Source: Paraeggerthella hongkongensis
GTDB lineage: Bacteria > Actinomycetota > Coriobacteriia > Coriobacteriales > Eggerthellaceae
NCBI RefSeq assembly: GCF_003726035.1
Contig: NZ_QICD01000007.1
Coordinates: 68,127-100,126 of the forward strand
Reading direction: 5' to 3'
DNA length: 32,000 nt
The position numbers and the translations under genes are program-made. Of this stretch, positions 24,898 through 32,000 are shown piece by piece. The notes below the pieces were generated by a model. It searched no databases. It was not told where the DNA came from and was given only the letters and a program-made list of their open reading frames with translations. The first letter of the stretch is position 1. Every line of letters begins with the position of its first letter.

Positions 24898-26013
24898 CTA
24901 ACCCACCTTTCCGCAAGAAAGAACGGTGCCACAGATCCGATCCACATCCGCAAGTGCTAAATCTGCATACATCGGCAGTGTTAAAACACGCTCTGCTATG
25001 TTCGCCGCTACAGGGGTTCTTTCGCTGGCATAAACACTGCGGTAGCACTCATAATCGCTGATGAGAGGGTAGAAATATTTCCTGGCGCCAATCCCCCGCT
25101 CAGCCAAGGCTTTGAATACATCGTCGCGCGTTGCACCAAATTCATCAGTGAAGACAACTGGTAGGTACGCATAATTATGCTTAACGTTGTTCGGCGGTAG
25201 ACACAGTCGAATTCCCGAAGCATCCGAGAAGTTCTCCCAGTAGCGCTCAGCTACGGCTCTGCGTTTTGCGATCCCCTCATCAAGATGTCGGAGGTTGCAT
25301 ATACCCATTGCGGCGCAAAACTCATTCATTTTTGCATTACCGCCAACATATTCAACGGCCTCAGGGCCGGTAATGCCGAAGTTTTTCCACTGATTAAGCG
25401 TGTTGTACAGTTTAGAATCCCTAAGGCAAACCGCACCGCCTTCAATAGTGTTAAAAACCTTGGTTGCGTGGAAACTAAACATACTTGCATCGCCAAAAGA
25501 TGCCGCTGACGCCCCATCACGCTCAATACCGAATGCGTGGGCCGCGTCGTAAATCACTTTGAGTCCATGTTCGTCTGCAATCTGCTGGATTGCATCTACA
25601 TCGCAAAGGTTTCCATACACATGCACCGGGACAATAGCACAGGTACGCGGGGTAATGAGCTTTCGTATTGAGCTTGGATCTAAGGTGTAATCAACGGGCT
25701 TGATATCCGCAAAAACAGGAGTGAGCCCCTTGCGCTTGATAGCATGCGTTGTCGAAGCAAAAGTGAAAGGGGTGGTTATAACCTCACCCTGCAGTTGCAT
25801 TGCCTCCAAAACACATTCCAAAGCAGAATGCCCATTGGTAAAAAGAGCAATATTATTCACCTGAAGTCGGCTTCTCAATTCCGATTCGAGTTGCTTATGC
25901 TTTACCCCCATATTGGTAAGCCAGTGACTCTCCCATAGCGGCGTTATTTCATCCACATACTCCTGTAGCGGAGGCATGGACGAGCGTGTGACCAGTATGC
26001 GATCTTGCTCCAT
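24898..26013 (-). CDS. DegT/DnrJ/EryC1/StrS-family PLP-dependent sugar aminotransferase (second copy)
   Basis: From ORF 24898..26073, with the start set at ATG 26013 (MEQDRILVTRSSMPP..), which has GAGAGG upstream and aligns with the paralogue's N-terminus. The SFHATK motif is present. Long stretches match 5120..6244 verbatim. Confidence 0.9.
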   Translation of the reverse strand: MEQDRILVTRSSMPPLQEYVDEITPLWESHWLTNMGVKHKQLESELRSRLQVNNIALFTNGHSALECVLEAMQLQGEVITTPFTFASTTHAIKRKGLTPVFADIKPVDYTLDPSSIRKLITPRTCAIVPVHVYGNLCDVDAIQQIADEHGLKVIYDAAHAFGIERDGASAASFGDASMFSFHATKVFNTIEGGAVCLRDSKLYNTLNQWKNFGITGPEAVEYVGGNAKMNEFCAAMGICNLRHLDEGIAKRRAVAERYWENFSDASGIRLCLPPNNVKHNYAYLPVVFTDEFGATRDDVFKALAERGIGARKYFYPLISDYECYRSVYASERTPVAANIAERVLTLPMYADLALADVDRICGTVLSCGKVG

Positions 26014-26043
26014 GCGTTTCCTCTCTTCAGTTTTCAAGTTGCG

Positions 26044-26055
26044 ATTTTGCAAAAT
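26044..26055. repeat. 12-bp perfect palindrome ATTTTGCAAAAT in the wzx-aminotransferase intergenic gap
   Basis: Read directly from the sequence. It lies about 30 nt upstream of the aminotransferase start on the minus strand. Its function is unknown; it could be an internal promoter or operator. Confidence 0.5.
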
Positions 26056-26097
26056 TTGAATTCTACCTATCACTTAAAACATAACGCCCAAGCATGA

Positions 26098-27591
26098 CTA
26101 CCCTCTAGACCTCATGAAACCCTTGACAGTTGCGAGTAAATATTCAAATGCTTCAACATGAAAAAGCTTCGATAAAGCTAGATAGACAACAGTCATCACA
26201 AGAGCCTGAATTGCTATGGTCACCAACGGCGGCATACTTAATAATGAAAAAGGCCAAGCACATGCAGCTGCAACGATCGTCAAAATGAATGCCGGGAAAA
26301 TATCTTTGAGCTGTTCTGAATACGAATAACCGATAACTTTTTTATTAGGGTAGGCATTAACAAAAGTACCTATAACCCCCGTTAGTAAATACGATGCAAC
26401 CATTGCATAGATATCTTGCAGAACAAGTGCTGTGAGCAGAATAAAGACTATTCCGTAGCTTTTCTTTATGAGTTCAAGCTTGAGGAACAAATCACTTCGT
26501 CCCATGCCATTTAGCGCCTGTAAGTTAGAGGTATGAATCGGAAGCATTGCGTATACGAAACAATACACCTGCATAAACCATACACAGGGAAGCCATTGCT
26601 CACCAAGAAGGACCAACACTAGAGATTGCGCAGTTGACGCAAACATAACCATTGCTGGCATAATTAAGTATGTGCTTGTTTTAAGCGCACGCCTTACCAA
26701 TCGCTTTACCTGCTCAACGTCGCTTTGCACATGACTTACAGCCGACAACATAACCGACTGAATAGCACCATCAAGAATACCGCCGACCGCAGCTGGATAT
26801 TTCTTACCCTGAGAAACAAGCCCCAGACTAGCTGTTGAGAACTGTTTACCAATAATGAGATCCGACAAGCTCTGATAACCAACATCCAACAATCCCGAAA
26901 CAAGGAGTTTCCACCCAAAACCGAATAGTTCACGAGTTCTTTTTAAATCAAAAACTAAAGAAGGCTTCCAGGAAACTTGAAAAGCAAGAACTAAGCAACT
27001 AATGAGTTGATAGAAAATCTGCTGCGCAACCAGCGCCCACAACCCTGCGCCCAGAACGGCCAGGACAATACCAATTGTCCCGGAAACCACTACAGATGAA
27101 ATACTGGAATAGAAAACTTTTTTGAACTCTAAACGTCGCTGAACAATAGCGACCTGCACCGAATTGTAAGCATTGATAATTAAGACCAAGCCCAAAACCC
27201 TAAGAGGCCAAACAAGGTCGGCGGATCCATAAAATTGCGAGATTGCCGGCGCCGCAAAGAACACAGCAATATACAAAACCAACGAGATTGATGAAGAAAG
27301 CCAAAACACTGTAGAGCAATCTTTATTACTAGCAGTTTCGCTCTGAACAAGCGCCGTATTAAGGCCTGATACGACAATAGTATTACCAACATTGATAAAG
27401 ACTAGCATGATGGCAAGCAGACCAAATTGTTCAGGCGCAAGCAGTCGCGCAAGCACTATTTGAACTATAAGCTGGACAGCCATACCGCCACCTCGTTCAA
27501 ATAGCTTCCAGAATAGGGCTATTACTGTTCTCTGTTTTAGGCTGTTTATATTTTCGCTATTTATTTTGAGGATTTGATCTTCTTGAGGCAT
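26098..27591 (-). CDS. wzx: Oligosaccharide flippase (Wzx, MOP superfamily)
   Basis: From ORF 26098..27627, with ATG 27591 preferred because it avoids overlap with the upstream gene (27627 is TTG). It has about 14 TM helices and a typical N-terminus LKQRTVIALFWKLFERGGGMAVQLIVQIVLARLL. Confidence 0.8.
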   Translation of the reverse strand: MPQEDQILKINSENINSLKQRTVIALFWKLFERGGGMAVQLIVQIVLARLLAPEQFGLLAIMLVFINVGNTIVVSGLNTALVQSETASNKDCSTVFWLSSSISLVLYIAVFFAAPAISQFYGSADLVWPLRVLGLVLIINAYNSVQVAIVQRRLEFKKVFYSSISSVVVSGTIGIVLAVLGAGLWALVAQQIFYQLISCLVLAFQVSWKPSLVFDLKRTRELFGFGWKLLVSGLLDVGYQSLSDLIIGKQFSTASLGLVSQGKKYPAAVGGILDGAIQSVMLSAVSHVQSDVEQVKRLVRRALKTSTYLIMPAMVMFASTAQSLVLVLLGEQWLPCVWFMQVYCFVYAMLPIHTSNLQALNGMGRSDLFLKLELIKKSYGIVFILLTALVLQDIYAMVASYLLTGVIGTFVNAYPNKKVIGYSYSEQLKDIFPAFILTIVAAACAWPFSLLSMPPLVTIAIQALVMTVVYLALSKLFHVEAFEYLLATVKGFMRSRG

Positions 27592-27602
27592 TTCACCACA
27601 GT

Positions 27603-28640
27603 TCAAGCCTTGAACCGCCCTTCCCAAATCAACTTAACGATTGCAGGGGAACAATAAAAAAGCAGCAGAAGGAAAAGCCATTTTACTCCGCGTGCCTTGG
27701 CTGCCTGAACAGCATCTTTTCTAGAAAGGATCCCCCGTTCGCCTGTTGCAAACATAAGACTAAGTCGCTTATCGTCATCAAATGATTTGGTCGAGGTTCG
27801 ATAACGCCCGTTTGTATATTCGTCGAAATACTCGTAAAGCGATACGTACGATTGAATGGCTCTCAGTCGGGCAGCTCTGCTCTTTCCCCACGACTCCATC
27901 ATGGAGCCTTCACTTGCAATGCGATAAACCGTAGTACTCCTGTCGATATAATAGGAATTCCCTCTGATTGCCATGAATAATTGATGCGCTCTATCTCCCC
28001 CGAAAGCCTCTTTCGGCAATTTTGGCTCTTGAAGCCAAATGTCGATTCTGGCAAAAAACGACGCTGTGGGAATAAAATTAAGTCGGATAACAGCATCGGC
28101 AGACAGCTTTCCTCCACACGACAAGATGGAAGAATCCTCTCGAGAGCTTGGTAGCATTGCACCAAGCTCTCTCCCATCTGTTGCGCTGATTTTCATGGCG
28201 TTCGTAAAACAGAAAACGCCGTTCTCATCCGATTCTAGAGTATCGAACTGCGCTTGTAGCTTCTCTTCGTCAATCCAGTAATCATCGCCCTCGCACAATG
28301 CGAGATACTTTGCGTTGGTTTGGATTAGATATTCTTTATACCAATAATAATTGCCCTTTCGGTATTGGTTTTCCACTTCATATATCCCTTTGATGATATC
28401 CGGGTATTTCCTTTCGTACTCCCTGATAATACGTGAGGTTCCGTCTAATGAGGCATCGTCGTGAACAAGAACAATATATGAAAATTCGGTCTTCTGACTC
28501 ACGAATCCATCCAGAGCGTCAGAGATATAACGCTCCTGGTTATATGCAGAACATATAACCACAACCTCAACATCTAGGTTTCTGACTTCTTCCGGCAATA
28601 ACCCGATTTTTGTTGAATCATGCATGGTAAGACAGCCCAT
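27603..28640 (-). CDS. Glycosyltransferase family 2
   Basis: It has VVVICSAYNQERYISDALDGFVSQ, VHDDASLDGT and CEGDDYW (DxD-like). The alternative start is ATG 28625. A C-terminal TM helix is present. Confidence 0.8.
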   Translation of the reverse strand: MGCLTMHDSTKIGLLPEEVRNLDVEVVVICSAYNQERYISDALDGFVSQKTEFSYIVLVHDDASLDGTSRIIREYERKYPDIIKGIYEVENQYRKGNYYWYKEYLIQTNAKYLALCEGDDYWIDEEKLQAQFDTLESDENGVFCFTNAMKISATDGRELGAMLPSSREDSSILSCGGKLSADAVIRLNFIPTASFFARIDIWLQEPKLPKEAFGGDRAHQLFMAIRGNSYYIDRSTTVYRIASEGSMMESWGKSRAARLRAIQSYVSLYEYFDEYTNGRYRTSTKSFDDDKRLSLMFATGERGILSRKDAVQAAKARGVKWLFLLLLFYCSPAIVKLIWEGRFKA

Positions 28641-28660
28641 TCTTTAAACTATGGTTTTCA

Positions 28661-30151
28661 CTATTTGGGATTAATGCTCCGCTTGCTTAAAATGTTCGAA
28701 ATACAGTACAGGATAGTCATGGTAGCGAGATCACCAAATACAAAAGTAAATGTGGTCATCATTGACCCTCGGAGTAAATAAAAAGTTAGGCACAGCAAAA
28801 ACGGATAATACAGGGCAAGTATAGTCACCTTGTCTTGATTGATACTCAAGCGCTGCCTCCAATACTTTGCGTCAACCTTTCGAACTACCAATCCATAGAC
28901 AATGGCAAAAGAGACCAATCCCATTATGCCGAAATTGATAAAACCCTCGAATGGAAGAGCAAACGACATATCAGTGAATGGATAATTCATCGATGAAAAA
29001 ACCAATTCACCCGATGGAATAGGTTTTCCAGGCCATAGTGTTCGTGGGATAAAAAATAGTAGTGCGCCTATCAACTGACGTCCAAGCGCCACGCCGTACA
29101 TCTGCACATAGTCAAAGCACCAGAACATAATAGAAAAGGCATCATAGTTTCCGGTTGAATACCCTGACGTCAGGGAATTAATGATTATTTCCCAAGATTC
29201 ATTCAAGCTTGCAGATTCCTGGATATATTTAAAAGCGTCAAATAGTGGATACGCCAGGAGAAAACCGACAATGAGAAAGAAGGAGAACAGACCTCTTTTC
29301 CGAGAGAAAGCGGGGAAGAGAAAGATTGCAAGACCTAGATAAATGGACGCAATGTTAAACCTAGCGAGTGCCGCAGGAAAACAGGTCAATATCAAACAGA
29401 CTCCAGCAACAACGGCAGCACCGTAATGGCGACGTTTCAAGCGAGCATTCAGCGTCAATAGGGCAAAACTACCGAACACGAACGCGCGCGGACAAACGGT
29501 GGCAATCAATGCCAAGCTACTTGAATCAAGATCGACACCGGCAGAGGTCCTTATAAAAAGACTACCGATACCAATTGTGGCAATAAGAAGCGTAGTACAT
29601 ACAATGCTTCCTAAGGAAAGAAACACCACCGCTGCCGGGCTTAACCGAAACACCATCTTCTGGGACATATGCTTTTCATTAAGATCGGCCTTATCCTGCG
29701 AAACGCGCTTATCGCGTCCGCTTGCAAACGAAAACACAACGCCCCATAGCAATGTGAGCAGACATGTGCTCAAGATTTGAGGTTCTGAAGGGCTGTATCC
29801 CCATGGCCAAAAGCTAGCAAAGTACTGATTCAATGGAGCAATCGAAAAGAAAGTCACGTAGAAGATCCAGTGAACCTGCCTCAACGAATAAGGGCAATCT
29901 GCCATTGAGATCCAGAGCATGACCATGCCGAATAATCCATTTATCGCAAAGGCTAAAGAGACACTTGTGAAGAGCGCGTTCTCTTTTGTAAATGGGATGA
30001 TCAGAAGAATTGCCAGCACGATGATGCACATCCATGCAAAGCCGTTCTGGACGGAGTTCTTTCGGCGCTGAGGAGAACCCGCCGCACTGGCGGTTAATGC
30101 CTTGATCTTGCCATCAAGTCCAACATTGCTGCGGTTGCTTAGCGCGTCCAT
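28661..30151 (-). CDS. wzy: Oligosaccharide repeat-unit polymerase (Wzy; a different family from 11548..12765)
   Basis: From ORF 28661..30190, with the start set at ATG 30151 (GGGGAGA 7 nt upstream, no overlap with the GT2 gene). It is a polytopic membrane protein. The segment NYDAFSIMF..GVALGRQLIGALLFFIPRTLWPGKPIPSG resembles the TIGR04370-type Wzy signature, recognised from memory. Confidence 0.7.
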   Translation of the reverse strand: MDALSNRSNVGLDGKIKALTASAAGSPQRRKNSVQNGFAWMCIIVLAILLIIPFTKENALFTSVSLAFAINGLFGMVMLWISMADCPYSLRQVHWIFYVTFFSIAPLNQYFASFWPWGYSPSEPQILSTCLLTLLWGVVFSFASGRDKRVSQDKADLNEKHMSQKMVFRLSPAAVVFLSLGSIVCTTLLIATIGIGSLFIRTSAGVDLDSSSLALIATVCPRAFVFGSFALLTLNARLKRRHYGAAVVAGVCLILTCFPAALARFNIASIYLGLAIFLFPAFSRKRGLFSFFLIVGFLLAYPLFDAFKYIQESASLNESWEIIINSLTSGYSTGNYDAFSIMFWCFDYVQMYGVALGRQLIGALLFFIPRTLWPGKPIPSGELVFSSMNYPFTDMSFALPFEGFINFGIMGLVSFAIVYGLVVRKVDAKYWRQRLSINQDKVTILALYYPFLLCLTFYLLRGSMMTTFTFVFGDLATMTILYCISNILSKRSINPK

Positions 30152-30156
30152 TTCGA

Positions 30157-31140
30157 TTATCTCCCCGTTACTTTCGCGTAAAATGCCCAAGATAATCTAT
30201 AAAAAGGAAGCCCTAGCAATAATGCGCAAAGAGCAGCCTTGTCGCGTTTTGGGGTCCGTTTGTTTTCTAGGACGTTTGCGCAATGGCATAGGGTGTCTTT
30301 TCGAACTGCTTTCGCATTTCGTCGTTGCTCGGGAATCTTCAGATTGCATGCACGCAAAACGCTTAAAGAATGAAAAACGTAGTAGCGCTCCGCTGCTGAC
30401 TCTACTTCTTGATCAGGACCCGAAAGATCAATGTAAGCTTGTCGCGCAAGCGCCCACCTGTCAAAAACCCCGATACCGCCGGAGTGAGTGATAGAGCTCT
30501 CGCGCATGACGTAGTTATATAGAGGCGCTCCACCGACGGCTACAGAGTCCGCTAACTGAATAAGTTTATAGGTGGTTCCCACATCTTCATATTTTTTCCC
30601 TAATGGAAAACGGATGTCGGCAAATAGCGAACTACGAAGCAGTTTGCCGTTCGCGGAAACGTTAATCATGTCATCAAAAAGCAAGGACAGGAGAGCTTCT
30701 CTGCTGGAGAGCACGATAGGCTGTTCCGCAATTCTTTTCCACGGCTTCTTGCCATTTTCGCGACAGAGCATAAAGACGCATGTCGCGATGTCAGAATCTT
30801 TCAGTTTGATGGAATCATGCAAGTACTCTAGGTAATTCCTCTCCACCCAATCATCGGAGTCAATGAATGAGACGTATGCTCCTCGAATACGCTCTAAGCC
30901 GAAGTTACGGGCATCGGAGAGACCGCCATTTTGCTTATAGAAATACTTGATTCGAGGGTCTCGTTCGCATGCTTTTTTGCATATTGCTGCTGATCCGTCA
31001 GTCGAGCCATCATCAATGAGAAGGAGTTCGAAGGACTTGTATGATTGGTTGAGGATCGATTCGATGCACTTTCCTACATACTTTTCCACATTGTAGACCG
31101 GAACAACGACACTAATTGTTGGGTTAGATTGCAATATCAT
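30157..31140 (-). CDS. Glycosyltransferase family 2
   Basis: It has ISVVVPVYNVEKYVGKCIESILNQSY, LLLIDDGSTDGS and FIDSDDW. It is the first low-GC gene of the right operon. Confidence 0.9.
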   Translation of the reverse strand: MILQSNPTISVVVPVYNVEKYVGKCIESILNQSYKSFELLLIDDGSTDGSAAICKKACERDPRIKYFYKQNGGLSDARNFGLERIRGAYVSFIDSDDWVERNYLEYLHDSIKLKDSDIATCVFMLCRENGKKPWKRIAEQPIVLSSREALLSLLFDDMINVSANGKLLRSSLFADIRFPLGKKYEDVGTTYKLIQLADSVAVGGAPLYNYVMRESSITHSGGIGVFDRWALARQAYIDLSGPDQEVESAAERYYVFHSLSVLRACNLKIPEQRRNAKAVRKDTLCHCANVLENKRTPKRDKAALCALLLGLPFYRLSWAFYAKVTGR

Positions 31141-31142
31141 AG

Positions 31143-31170
31143 ATTATCCCGTTGATAGCTAAAATATCAA
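31143..31170 (-). promoter_or_regulatory. Candidate sigma70-type promoter TTGATA-16 nt-GATAAT ending 2 nt before the GT2 ATG (would give a leaderless or near-leaderless mRNA)
   Basis: Minus-strand reading gives TTGATAttttagctatcaacggGATAATctATG. There is no clear SD before the ATG. The region is AT-rich, so a chance match is possible. Confidence 0.3.
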
Positions 31171-31349
31171 GTTGACCACTAGGGTTTCTTGCATCTTCAT
31201 AGATTGAAATCGCATGTGGAGATCTTCTTATTGTTCACAATCCTCTTTGAGTGATCAGCAGAAACGCTAGCGAACAAGGCAAACATCCTGATCTTCAAGG
31301 AATTGGCAGCGTCAATCCCGAACTGTCCCTCAAATGCCATGCCGTCCCC

Positions 31350-32000
<651 letters not shown>

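Noticed and set aside
5288-30035. Antisense or off-frame ORFs inside the low-GC glycan genes, e.g. 5288..6160 (-), 6327..6755 (-), 13113..13409 (-), 15543..16091 (-), 16944..17267 (-), 22691..22960 (-), 28039..28281 (+) and 29499..29780 (+).
   Set aside because: Each is fully nested in, or overlaps, a gene with strong family motifs on the other strand or frame. None has recognisable motifs or an RBS.

Overview
The window is a mosaic. Its edges (1-4056 and 31350-32000) are GC-rich, about 65% in hand-counted 60-nt samples, and look like chromosomal genes of a high-GC Gram-positive or actinobacterial-type genome; that host assignment is inference only. The left edge carries a truncated UPF0126/TRIC membrane protein, a Zn-dependent alcohol dehydrogenase, a membrane-anchored EEP-family nuclease/phosphatase and an orphan ParB-like protein. 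The right edge carries a 5'-truncated dTDP-glucose 4,6-dehydratase (rmlB).

Between them, about 4066-31349, lies a roughly 27-kb low-GC block (about 40-45%, with a 13% GC spacer at 4081-4140). It consists of two convergent Wzx/Wzy-type surface-glycan operons.

- Left operon (4357-18213, + strand, 12 tightly coupled genes): tmk-like kinase, DegT aminotransferase, ATP-grasp ligase, Gfo/Idh/MocA oxidoreductase, a catalytically intact-looking type-I DAHP synthase homologue, initiating phosphoglycosyltransferase, GT4, Wzy_C-type polymerase, pyruvyl transferase, a MenD-family ThDP enzyme, Wzx and an SDR.
- Right operon (31140-22267, - strand): GT2, Wzy, GT2, Wzx, a second DegT plus ATP-grasp pair, an SDR, and a chimeric remnant ORF.
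- Junction (18214-22266): GC-rich orphan fragments, a compact RHH plus DUF6036-like nucleotidyltransferase two-gene module with a palindromic operator, an ORF interrupted by one in-frame TGA, and a pseudogene frameshifted at a T5 run.

I did not recognise any rRNA, tRNA, CRISPR array or intact transposase. The most interesting signals are the DAHP-synthase and MenD paralogues recruited into a glycan operon, which may mean unusual sugar chemistry. The toxin-antitoxin-like NTase module and the recombination scars in the junction come next. All family assignments come from motif recognition by eye, with no database search.
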